DNA from: a virus
Length of the DNA stretch: 64,000 nucleotides
Strand: one strand, 5' to 3'
Virus record (IMG/VR): IMGVR_UViG_3300044695_002580
Coordinates: 32,882 to 96,881 of that record
The notes under the pieces were generated by a model. That model had not been told where the DNA came from. It did no database searches and saw only the letters and a program-made list of their open reading frames with translations. The position numbers and the translations under genes were made by a program. This document shows, in pieces, positions 17,889 through 26,682 of the stretch; the stretch's first letter is position 1, and every line of letters begins with the position of its first letter.

Positions 17889-18295
17889 TGTAAGTCAGCG
17901 AATGTCCTTCCCCAGTGTCCGTAACGTAGGAGGCGAGAGTCTACATCAACAACGCCAACTACTTCAGGTCGATAGGGAAGTTCGCTGAGCAAGTGTTTGT
18001 CCGATTCATACGCCGTGTAGTATCTAAATGGGTTAGTACCCATGTTGTCAAGTGCATCCATAGTTTCAGATAACGTATCGTTATCATATTCAAATGATAC
18101 TAATTCAAGCGTGAAACCTGCCCTAGTTGTAAAAACATACAAATAGGACAAAGCATCACGTTTAAACTTTTTATTTACTTTTACGGATGGGATTACTAAA
18201 AGCTTACGCTTTACTGTCATCTCCACATCCATAATAATGTCTGTGGTAACTAATATCCTTCTGGGGAGTTCGTTACTGATATCCCCATTCTTCAT
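17885..18295 (-). CDS. hypothetical protein
   Basis: 136 aa, translationally coupled within replication operon. Confidence 0.7.
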   Translation of the reverse strand: MKNGDISNELPRRILVTTDIIMDVEMTVKRKLLVIPSVKVNKKFKRDALSYLYVFTTRAGFTLELVSFEYDNDTLSETMDALDNMGTNPFRYYTAYESDKHLLSELPYRPEVVGVVDVDSRLLRYGHWGRTFADLQ

Positions 18296-18603
18296 TAAAA
18301 GACTTCTATCTTACCGAAGTTTATTACAAACTCCCTGAAGGCTTCTTTTGATGAACGGGCATTACTGATGTCGTCTTTAGACGCACGACTAGAAAACTCT
18401 AGTGGGTAGTTGTCGCCACCGTTTGCTTTGATACGTGCGCTTACAAACTTAACATGCTTACAGGTGCTACGACCTTGATAACCAGGGCAGGTGCAGTACA
18501 ACTTGTTGTTGTCGTCTACTGATACTTCATAGATACCAGGACCAGGCGACTGTGTTTGACTAAGAAACACTTGTACTAGTTTAGTTTCCATTACCTTGCT
18601 CAT
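18295..18603 (-). CDS. SWIM zinc-finger protein
   Basis: YEV...CTC-x8-CKH SWIM signature. Confidence 0.8.
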   Translation of the reverse strand: MSKVMETKLVQVFLSQTQSPGPGIYEVSVDDNNKLYCTCPGYQGRSTCKHVKFVSARIKANGGDNYPLEFSSRASKDDISNARSSKEAFREFVINFGKIEVF

Positions 18604-19286
18604 TCTCGTAGGTCTCCTTTGTTAGTAACCATAGGCAAATACATAAACGCTTCCTTAGCAAAACTTTCAGTAGCATCTCCGTAAAGACTACCCCAGTCGT
18701 CAAGACTGACGTTAGTGGTTACTATGGTTGGCAGTCCAAGGTTGAACCGTGTACGTAGTACATGATGCAGAACGTTCTTCTGCCACCCACTTAGGCTGGC
18801 GTGCTCCTTACCTACATCGTCAATCACTAGGACTCTGACGTTATAGGAGTCGTGCGCTTCACCTAAGAGACCATAGTAGAGGACCTCCTCCCAGTCTGTC
18901 GGGCTATCCATCATCTGACCTGATAATGCAAGCAGGTCATTGAAGGTCATAAAGTAGCAAGGACGGATAAGTGTTAGGCCGTCCTCTACATCAAAGGCAG
19001 ACGGAGGGGAAAGCCGCATGATATCTTGGATGGTTGCAACAGCCACCGTTGATTTACCACGTCCTGGCTTACCTGCAAGCATTAATCCTTTGCCACAGTG
19101 TCTGCTACCAGAGGCTCTTACATTAACGCCTTGGTCTAGCAAACTAATCCAACCACGTATCTGTTCGATGTCTTCGGGGTCAGTATCAACGCAGTCATCT
19201 AGTGTCCAACCAAGTCGTGCTTTAGGGATGTTGGAAGATTTAATCCACATCTTGCGACGAACTTTTTGCTCTTCTACTTTGTACAT
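18600..19286 (-). CDS. DnaC/IstB-like AAA+ helicase loader
   Basis: GKPGRGKS, LVIDDVGKE, R...LPTIVTTN. Confidence 0.85.
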   Translation of the reverse strand: MYKVEEQKVRRKMWIKSSNIPKARLGWTLDDCVDTDPEDIEQIRGWISLLDQGVNVRASGSRHCGKGLMLAGKPGRGKSTVAVATIQDIMRLSPPSAFDVEDGLTLIRPCYFMTFNDLLALSGQMMDSPTDWEEVLYYGLLGEAHDSYNVRVLVIDDVGKEHASLSGWQKNVLHHVLRTRFNLGLPTIVTTNVSLDDWGSLYGDATESFAKEAFMYLPMVTNKGDLRE

Positions 19287-20215
19287 TAGTTCAACCCTAA
19301 CAGCTTTCGGTTCTTTGCTCGTGCAATGGCAACAGCATCTAGGTCTTCTTCCTTTACAGAGCGCTTGGCTTCGCCAACCTTTGACGGAGCCCAGTTGATA
19401 AAGCCCCAGAAGATTTCTTCTGGGTTATATAACTTAGTCTTATCAAACTTTTTTGTCGATATGTAAGCATCAATAAGATACTTATCAATCTCGCCGTTGG
19501 TGTCGTTGTCTATACGGAACAGGTCCATAGCCTTAACCAACTTAGGTCGTTGGGATAACGCTACATCCTCCACGTTCCAAATCTGTTTTACCTGTTCGGC
19601 AAAGTGGTTAACGACGTCGGCAGGCGACCAGTCAACTACAGCACGGCTGGCGCGGATGCGCTGGCGGTTCTTGTAGTGTGCCTCTGACTGCTCCTTGCGC
19701 TCCTGCTTCTTGCGCTCTTTGTCTTTCCGCATCTCATCAGCTAAATCGTCTGGGTCTATTGGCGTTGAGCCTAAGCTCATGATTCCTCCTATTTTTTCGT
19801 TTCCTTCTAGTGCGGAACTCTGTTCCGCACCTTGGTTAACTGAATAAGGATATAAGCCATACTGCTCATTGCTATATGGAATATCTGCTTTATAGGTATC
19901 TGCTATATTGCTATTCAGTGATATGGAGATTCGGGTTTTACCGTTCGGTAAAACCCTTAACGGTTTCTTACCAGTCATCCAGTTATGGGCATACTCTACG
20001 CCCTCTGGGGTCATCTCCACTTTGTACCAGAATGTCCCTTTTGCCGTTTTTCCGTTAGAAAGCCGTACAAGGCCAATAGAGGCTAGTTCTGCCAGGGCAG
20101 AATCAATCTGCCCACGACCTACCTCAAAGTCCCTAGAAAGGCCTTTAACGCCCTCTGGAGCCCCATAAACGGCTATATGTAGGAGTACAGCTAAGGTCTT
20201 AGGGTTTAGGGCCAC
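19286..20215 (-). CDS. probable replication initiator (N-terminal winged HTH)
   Basis: LSRDFEVGRGQIDSALAELASIGLV wHTH; directly upstream of DnaC-like loader; AT-rich repeats mid-gene. Confidence 0.6.
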   Translation of the reverse strand: MALNPKTLAVLLHIAVYGAPEGVKGLSRDFEVGRGQIDSALAELASIGLVRLSNGKTAKGTFWYKVEMTPEGVEYAHNWMTGKKPLRVLPNGKTRISISLNSNIADTYKADIPYSNEQYGLYPYSVNQGAEQSSALEGNEKIGGIMSLGSTPIDPDDLADEMRKDKERKKQERKEQSEAHYKNRQRIRASRAVVDWSPADVVNHFAEQVKQIWNVEDVALSQRPKLVKAMDLFRIDNDTNGEIDKYLIDAYISTKKFDKTKLYNPEEIFWGFINWAPSKVGEAKRSVKEEDLDAVAIARAKNRKLLGLN

Positions 20216-20858
20216 TCTGGGCCTTCCACTCCTCGATGAATACCTTGGCGAATACCCGAGCTATCGCTTCGATTCCCGCATAGATATCTTCAATGTCTTC
20301 GTCGTCTTCGTACTCTTCGTCGTCGTCTTCTTCGGTGGCTTCTTCCTCGTCGACTTCTTCTTCCTCCTCATCGGTCTCCTCGCTTTCTGTGACCATCTCA
20401 GCTTGGGGGAATAGGGTTGGCTCTGGCTCCTTAAGAGTTTCAGATGGTGTTATCTCTGACAGCCCGTTAATCAAGTCATAGCAAGGGATGCCCGCTTTCT
20501 TACAAGACGCCAATACTGCAAGCGATGCTTCATCCCCGTCATCCCAAAGAAGGAACGCAGATGTGTCCGCGCCAGCAACTATCTCTACAGATTTTTTAAT
20601 TGGCTCATCATCATGAACTACTGATGCGGCAGGCATGTTGCCTAAGTCAGCGTCTGGCTTTGCAACCAGAACTATCTCTTTGTTTTTATCTTTAGCAAAC
20701 TGTGCAACAAATACCTGTGATGGTGTTGCCATTTTTTCAATAGCGATTACAACAGTTCCGCCATCGCCTTTTGCGTAGTAATGGTCTTCCATTAACGCTT
20801 CAACGTTTTGTCTACTGGTGGCTCCTTTACCAGCCACTAGAACATAATATTTGCTCAT
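20199..20858 (-). CDS. SLOG/YspA-like Rossmannoid protein with acidic tail
   Basis: VLVAG..., FLLWDD...KKAGIP pattern; long D/E tract. Confidence 0.45.
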   Translation of the reverse strand: MSKYYVLVAGKGATSRQNVEALMEDHYYAKGDGGTVVIAIEKMATPSQVFVAQFAKDKNKEIVLVAKPDADLGNMPAASVVHDDEPIKKSVEIVAGADTSAFLLWDDGDEASLAVLASCKKAGIPCYDLINGLSEITPSETLKEPEPTLFPQAEMVTESEETDEEEEEVDEEEATEEDDDEEYEDDEDIEDIYAGIEAIARVFAKVFIEEWKAQSGPKP

Positions 20859-20889
20859 AGGACCTCCTTAGGTCCCTTGTACCCTATCA

Positions 20890-21168
20890 CTAATCTCTGG
20901 CAGTGTTAACAACTGCTGGCCTGTAGGTGGACACGCGCTCAACTATGGCAAGGAGGGCAGCGCCTAGGAAAGCTCCAGCGACTGTCCACAGGATGAACTG
21001 TTTAGTAGTTGAAATTTCAACTAAATACACGGCTACGCCTGCAAATATAATTGAAAGTACAGCATTAATTACGGAAGTAGGTATAAAAATACTTAATACG
21101 TCTACTAGATTCCGCACTGTAGCTAGGAAGAACCCAGTAAAACAACCAACGAGTATCAGCTCCAACAT
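20890..21168 (-). CDS. 3-TM membrane protein (holin-like)
   Basis: 92 aa, three hydrophobic helices, end of tail operon. Confidence 0.5.
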   Translation of the reverse strand: MLELILVGCFTGFFLATVRNLVDVLSIFIPTSVINAVLSIIFAGVAVYLVEISTTKQFILWTVAGAFLGAALLAIVERVSTYRPAVVNTARD

Positions 21169-21180
21169 GGGAGCATCATA

Positions 21181-23994
21181 CTACGTCTTTGGCTGAGCTA
21201 GGTATAGGGCGTAGGTAGAGCCGCTAACAAGCCACTCGTCTAAGGCACCTTTTGCAAGGCGGTCAGAGATAGCGACGCGGTTTCTGTAGTAGTGGCTGCG
21301 GGCTAGGTTAGGGGTCTGGCCTTCCCAGAACAGTTCAGCAGTAGAACCAAAGCCCTGGCTTCCATCAAAGTACTGGAGTACAAACGGACTGTTTTCAAAC
21401 AAGGCGTTGTCCAATGCGATTGAGTCATTGGCTGCCCCATTAGTCCAGATAACAGACACGCTTGCATAGGCGGCGTTCTCAGGGGCTACCGAGGTTGCAT
21501 TGATTCTTGACCATTCCGTAGAACTACTAATTGTTACAAGGTCAGCCAAATTACTAGAGATGGCGGTCTTAGTGCTGTCATACCAATAGATAACTGGTCG
21601 CACAGTTGGGGCAGCAGTTCCAGTAACTCGTCTTACATACACACTAAAAGTGTAGTTAGTAGATGGGTAATGAATATCCATGTAGGTTGCAGAAGATGAC
21701 GCAGCATTAATTTCTGTGTTTCCAGTTGCAGGCTTAGTTACTAAGCAAGAGTTTCCAGACTTAGCGATAGTTCCCGCATCAGCGGTGAACGCCACGGTTG
21801 CGCTTGGGCTAACGGTGTAGCTGACTGTAAAGTCGGTAACTGCAGTAATTGTCTTTACTCCGTTATATGCAGCAGGCAAACCTTCTACTACAACAATATC
21901 GTTAGCTTTATACGCATGAACTGTTGATAGAGATATTTCTGCTGTTGTACCCGCCTGTTGATAACCTTCAATAATTAACAGGTCATCAATAGGGTCAGTT
22001 TGAGCGCTTGAGGCTGTTGGTGTTCCGTTTGTAAAACCCCAAGGTGCAAAGCTGTTTGCACTATTAAAGGTTGGGTTTTTAATTTCGTTAATGCGGCTAG
22101 CCTTCATAGTAATATGTACTTGACGAGCCTCATCAAAATCTGTAACAGCTCCAGCTTTTTCAAACTGTGCTGCATCAAAGTAGTGACGCTCACCGCTTGC
22201 GGCGTTGGCTACGCTAGAGATAGAGATAGTAGGGGCTGCGTAGTAAGACTCCTGCACGCGGTTAACGGTGGCTAGGAAGCCAGAGCCTGTTGCGCTACCG
22301 ATGGAAGCTTTATCAAAAGAGAAGATGGTTGTTGTATCTGAGCCTTTACCACCATTTGTAATAGATAGAGATGACACTGACCCACCAGAGATAGCAATGT
22401 TTGCTCTTGGTGCAATAGTAAATGCTTTGCCACTAACTCTAGTTAGTGGAACGTTTGTATAAACGCCATCTGCGTACCCAGTTCCTGCGGTAGCAAAGAA
22501 TGGGTTTAGAGTGATATTACAAGGACCTGCTGCAGTTACAACCGCTCTTGTTGAAAAGGCACCAGTTGCATTTGTTACAGGGTTACCTGTAGTAGTTGAC
22601 ATAAATGTTCCAAAACGGTCATACCAACTGATTCCCGCTGTAAGGCTTCGAGCAGTCGAGAGTGCCGCGGTATAGATGCTAAATGTGTAAGTATCTCCAG
22701 AGTTAATGGGGATTCCTAAAGTTTTTGGCGAGGCGCTTCCGCAAGATAACGTGACAACCTGAGGCGATGCTGTTGAGTTTGCTACAGATAAAACTCCACC
22801 TTGTTTATTTGGGTAAAGTGCGGGGGCAGTCGGTTCTGAGTATGGGGTTGGGTACGGAGTAACCTTTGGGTAAGCGTCTGCTTCTTTGTTAAAGGCATCT
22901 ACCAAAGCAATATCTGGGCTAGAAACAATAACTTCAATGTAACTAAGTGGGTCAACTCCAGTGATAGATACAGGAGAGCTAGAGTTATATGCAGGGGATT
23001 TAAATCCACTGATAGTAATCTTGTCGCCAACCTTATAACCGTTAGCGCCAATAATCATGCGAAGGTTGTTGTTATTAGTTTGATACTTGGTAACAGACTT
23101 GACACCCATTTGAGATAAAGAAGCTGTGCTGTCTGGGGTTGTCCAGTGTCCAATACCTTCTTCAAATGAAGAGTCGTTGTAGTCCAACATTAGGTTGTGG
23201 CTTACTTGTAGGCCGTCAATTGTTGGGTTAGGTGTTCCAGCAATCGGTGCTGGACATGCCCATCCTGTAAATCCTTTTATATATTCCCGTAGACCTTGGG
23301 CTGAGCCTTTTTCTTTTGTTAGCTGAACAGAGTCTCTTACAAGGATACGCGACTGTTGAAACCCAATTTCTGGTTCATACCTAAGACCAAACTGATTTAA
23401 CAAAAGTGGGATAGAGCTGGCTGTAACTCTTTCAAAGTTATAGCGGTCTGTAATAATTTCTGCTAGTGCTCTTGTGTGGTCTAGCTCGTAAGCAAATAGG
23501 GATAGGAAGTTACGCAAATCATTATTGTCTGTAGCTTCTGACGCTACATACGGGGTTGTTAACTTATAAACCTGTGGCAGATAGTTGTACATCTTGTCAG
23601 CGGTTCCGTAGTCTTTTACGGACATACCAGACATTCGTCCAGCTAATACCCAAGTGAGCTGTACAGAGTCAAATACAAAAATAGAGTAGAAGTAAACTTT
23701 TGAGTCTGCATTTATAAGAGATGTCTTATCTATGTAGAACTGAGGGTCTGCTCGTCTAGTAGTTTCAAATACTTTATCACCGTCAGTTACGTTTACAGGA
23801 AATCCGTATGGGCTTCTTACTAGGCGTAATTTAACCCATGCACCCACTGGGCTTGTCCAAAATAGGGTTAGCTGGTTGTACCCAGAGGACAGCGCAAAAA
23901 CAGGGTTAGCATCGTAATTAAGGGCGTTATCGTTTCCGTAGTAACTTAACGGAAAACTGGACGCGCTATAGTAATCAAGACCATACCGTGCCAT
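21181..23994 (-). CDS. baseplate wedge / tail protein with carbohydrate-binding-like domains
   Basis: LPQVY...L..FL..F...KGS..GL (gpI-like) after baseplate J; SFEEG..W and YFDG CBM-like motifs. Confidence 0.72.
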   Translation of the reverse strand: MARYGLDYYSASSFPLSYYGNDNALNYDANPVFALSSGYNQLTLFWTSPVGAWVKLRLVRSPYGFPVNVTDGDKVFETTRRADPQFYIDKTSLINADSKVYFYSIFVFDSVQLTWVLAGRMSGMSVKDYGTADKMYNYLPQVYKLTTPYVASEATDNNDLRNFLSLFAYELDHTRALAEIITDRYNFERVTASSIPLLLNQFGLRYEPEIGFQQSRILVRDSVQLTKEKGSAQGLREYIKGFTGWACPAPIAGTPNPTIDGLQVSHNLMLDYNDSSFEEGIGHWTTPDSTASLSQMGVKSVTKYQTNNNNLRMIIGANGYKVGDKITISGFKSPAYNSSSPVSITGVDPLSYIEVIVSSPDIALVDAFNKEADAYPKVTPYPTPYSEPTAPALYPNKQGGVLSVANSTASPQVVTLSCGSASPKTLGIPINSGDTYTFSIYTAALSTARSLTAGISWYDRFGTFMSTTTGNPVTNATGAFSTRAVVTAAGPCNITLNPFFATAGTGYADGVYTNVPLTRVSGKAFTIAPRANIAISGGSVSSLSITNGGKGSDTTTIFSFDKASIGSATGSGFLATVNRVQESYYAAPTISISSVANAASGERHYFDAAQFEKAGAVTDFDEARQVHITMKASRINEIKNPTFNSANSFAPWGFTNGTPTASSAQTDPIDDLLIIEGYQQAGTTAEISLSTVHAYKANDIVVVEGLPAAYNGVKTITAVTDFTVSYTVSPSATVAFTADAGTIAKSGNSCLVTKPATGNTEINAASSSATYMDIHYPSTNYTFSVYVRRVTGTAAPTVRPVIYWYDSTKTAISSNLADLVTISSSTEWSRINATSVAPENAAYASVSVIWTNGAANDSIALDNALFENSPFVLQYFDGSQGFGSTAELFWEGQTPNLARSHYYRNRVAISDRLAKGALDEWLVSGSTYALYLAQPKT

Positions 23995-25766
23995 TAACTA
24001 ATTCCTCCACTTGTTGTCAAGTCGATTCCCGCCACAGTTGTTACCCCAGCAACCTTGGTTACCTCTAGTTGAGGTAGTTCGTTCTCTAAACAAATGATGT
24101 CTTTTACAGCTAACAACGCAACCTTTCCAACAGGGGATACGGCTGCTGTAGAAACGTTTGTACTAATAACAGAGTAACTAAATGTAGTAGGAGCTACAGC
24201 TGTAACAACAAAGGCGCCATCAAAAGGGGCGTTAACACCGCTTACCAACACAGTCTCTCCAACTTGAAGGTTGTGAGTTGCTGTAGTTGTAAGCGTGGCT
24301 ACGCTATTTGATAGAACCTTGTTATTGATGCTCCATACCTTATCTTCGTCTTTTCTAATCATCTTGCTCATAGAGACGCGGGCAACCCCGTCTACCTCTC
24401 TAATGACGCTTAGTACGTCGGCTGTAGTGATACGGTCATTAAAAGACACGTTATCAAAATCAAACAGTTCAGTAATAGCTTCTCTGATTGAGGCTGTTAC
24501 TTGGTCAGCTCTAAACTGCGGTAGTACTACACAGTCTAACTTAAGTCGTACGTCTACATAAGCAGGCGGCTGAAGCGTGATTGAAGTTCCTGGTGGAGTC
24601 TTGTCCTCAAAGAACTTACCAATATTAACGGCTAGGTTGTTAAAGATATCAGAGGCTGTTTGCCCATCTGACTGAAGACCCGAGTCACCGAACGGTGCAA
24701 TATAGATAGTTACACTGCTATACACATCTGCAATAGAGTTAGCTTTGGCTACACCAGGTACCTGAATAGCAATGTTAGAGTAGTCAGATAGTGATACAGC
24801 ACGGTTAAGTGCTCTCACGCTCTTAGGGGCATTGATACGAATAGAGTCTGTTGCCTCTGGGTCAGCTCCGCCTGTAGCAGCCCCAGAGGTTTGCCCAACG
24901 TCTTGGTTATTTACAGTAAGGCCAATTGTCGCATTTGTTTTAACAAACTTAATAGTGTTAGCTGCAACGTTACCCAGCTTGCCTCCACCAATACGGTAGG
25001 TAGCTTTAATAGTTGCCTGGTTTGCTGGGATACGTCCGCTGATTCCGTCACCAAACTGAACGTATGTAGTGCCTTCAGCATCTGTGTAGGTTGTAAACAC
25101 TGGGTCGTAATCTTGGTAGTCAATTAGGAATGGGACATAAGAATACTTAACTCCAGATACATCTATCTCAATGCTTCCACCAATAACTGGGGAGTCTGGG
25201 ATTGGGTAGAATTGATTGGCTGCACCGTTAGATACCCCTAGCTCTCCATCTGTAGGGCGTGTGATTGCGTCATACCCAAGTGTCTCGCCTTGAGTTGCCG
25301 TTACTGTAATAGAACCATTAGTTGTTCCTACCTTTGCAGGCACAGTTACCGCACTGTCAGTTTCAAAAATAATCTGGGTTGTTGAACCGCTGTTTACAAC
25401 AGTAGTTGATACCTGAGTTCTTTTTGGTACGGTGATAGTGCTTCCAGTTGAGTTCTGAAAGGTCAGCGTAACCTTGGCAGCTGTAGATTCTGTGGGTGTG
25501 TACCCCAGAAGGCGTGCAATTTTTAAAACGTTATCTCTTTGGCTGGAGGTAGTAATGAAAGCCTCGTTCAAAGAACGGTCGATATAGTAGTTAAGCTGGT
25601 CACCCATGTATGCAAACAACTCAATTAAGGTCATGCCAAAGTCTGCTGGGTCGCGGTTAGTCCAGTTGGGAGCAAAGTACGGGATGAGAGCTGCCATCTC
25701 TTCTTTGAGAGATAGGTAGTCACGAGAGGTGTAATCTACTTGCGGAACATAGTTTTCATTTGCCAT
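23994..25766 (-). CDS. baseplate J-like wedge protein
   Basis: DYTSRDY, DFGMTLIELFAY, FGDG..G.IP, GGADPE, RAVSLSDY. Confidence 0.9.
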   Translation of the reverse strand: MANENYVPQVDYTSRDYLSLKEEMAALIPYFAPNWTNRDPADFGMTLIELFAYMGDQLNYYIDRSLNEAFITTSSQRDNVLKIARLLGYTPTESTAAKVTLTFQNSTGSTITVPKRTQVSTTVVNSGSTTQIIFETDSAVTVPAKVGTTNGSITVTATQGETLGYDAITRPTDGELGVSNGAANQFYPIPDSPVIGGSIEIDVSGVKYSYVPFLIDYQDYDPVFTTYTDAEGTTYVQFGDGISGRIPANQATIKATYRIGGGKLGNVAANTIKFVKTNATIGLTVNNQDVGQTSGAATGGADPEATDSIRINAPKSVRALNRAVSLSDYSNIAIQVPGVAKANSIADVYSSVTIYIAPFGDSGLQSDGQTASDIFNNLAVNIGKFFEDKTPPGTSITLQPPAYVDVRLKLDCVVLPQFRADQVTASIREAITELFDFDNVSFNDRITTADVLSVIREVDGVARVSMSKMIRKDEDKVWSINNKVLSNSVATLTTTATHNLQVGETVLVSGVNAPFDGAFVVTAVAPTTFSYSVISTNVSTAAVSPVGKVALLAVKDIICLENELPQLEVTKVAGVTTVAGIDLTTSGGIS

Positions 25767-26167
25767 TATCGGACCTCCTGTAGTACCTCTCCAGCTCTGG
25801 AGAACGTCTTAGTCTTTATACTTAAAGACTCTGTTAATGTCTGTTGGGACTTTCTATATCTAACCTCTAGCTCTAGTGTGCCCTCTCCGTCTACGTCTGG
25901 AAGGACCTCTATAAACTCTAGGTAAGGAAAGAACTCTGTAAAGCATGCGGCTACTGCCTCAGTTGCAATTGCTATGGCAGTATTTTCGTCTTCAAACATG
26001 GTCTCATAAATTGCGCTACCAAAGCTTGGTCGCATAACTCGTTCGCCTGGACGACTCATGATTGCTAGCACAAGTCTATCTTGGATAATCTTGGCCTCGT
26101 CTGTTGTATAGGAGACTTCTCCCGCAGAGTTAAAAGAAAAAGGTAGAGCTATGGCTCGTTGTGTCAC
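25766..26167 (-). CDS. baseplate wedge gp25/GpW-like
   Basis: PGERVMRPSFGS. Confidence 0.88.
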   Translation of the reverse strand: MTQRAIALPFSFNSAGEVSYTTDEAKIIQDRLVLAIMSRPGERVMRPSFGSAIYETMFEDENTAIAIATEAVAACFTEFFPYLEFIEVLPDVDGEGTLELEVRYRKSQQTLTESLSIKTKTFSRAGEVLQEVR

Positions 26168-26682
26168 AGTTCAACTCCCATCCATACTGGAAAATTAGGG
26201 TCTCCGCCCTCAAACATAACCCAGACCTTTTGACCTAGCTTAGGTACTAGTCTATGCGGTGTATGCTCAGGTGTCAGGTTTGTCTCTTGGTCATCATTCC
26301 ATTTGTTGTCTGTATCAGCGTCGGTTTCGTGCTCATGGTCTAACGTCAATGAGTTTCCCGTATGGTTATTGGTGTGGGGAGTCGTAAAACTGAAGGAGTG
26401 TGTATGAGACCCAAAGGTAGAAACTGTCGCCCCTCCCGTTGTGCCCGACACTGAGTGGTCCGCGTGAGCTTCTAAAAGTGCGGCTACCTCAGCAGCTAAA
26501 TGTTTCTTGTGGTCAGGGTGGTTGCTGTTAGATGTAACAGGCAAGCATGCTCTAGCCCAACCAGTCTCTGATTGACCTAGTACCTGAGGTACTTGTAAGC
26601 GGATGCGGTTATCGTTTTGGTCGTCCTCTACATCCACGCAGATGCCTAGGTAGAGTCCATAGAATCTTTTCTCGTCTATCAT
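26164..26682 (-). CDS. baseplate spike (gp5/GpV OB-fold) with His-rich insert
   Basis: YG.Y.G..VD.ED...RIRLQVP, WA, P..G..VWVMFEGGDP.FPVW.G. Confidence 0.85.
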   Translation of the reverse strand: MIDEKRFYGLYLGICVDVEDDQNDNRIRLQVPQVLGQSETGWARACLPVTSNSNHPDHKKHLAAEVAALLEAHADHSVSGTTGGATVSTFGSHTHSFSFTTPHTNNHTGNSLTLDHEHETDADTDNKWNDDQETNLTPEHTPHRLVPKLGQKVWVMFEGGDPNFPVWMGVEL

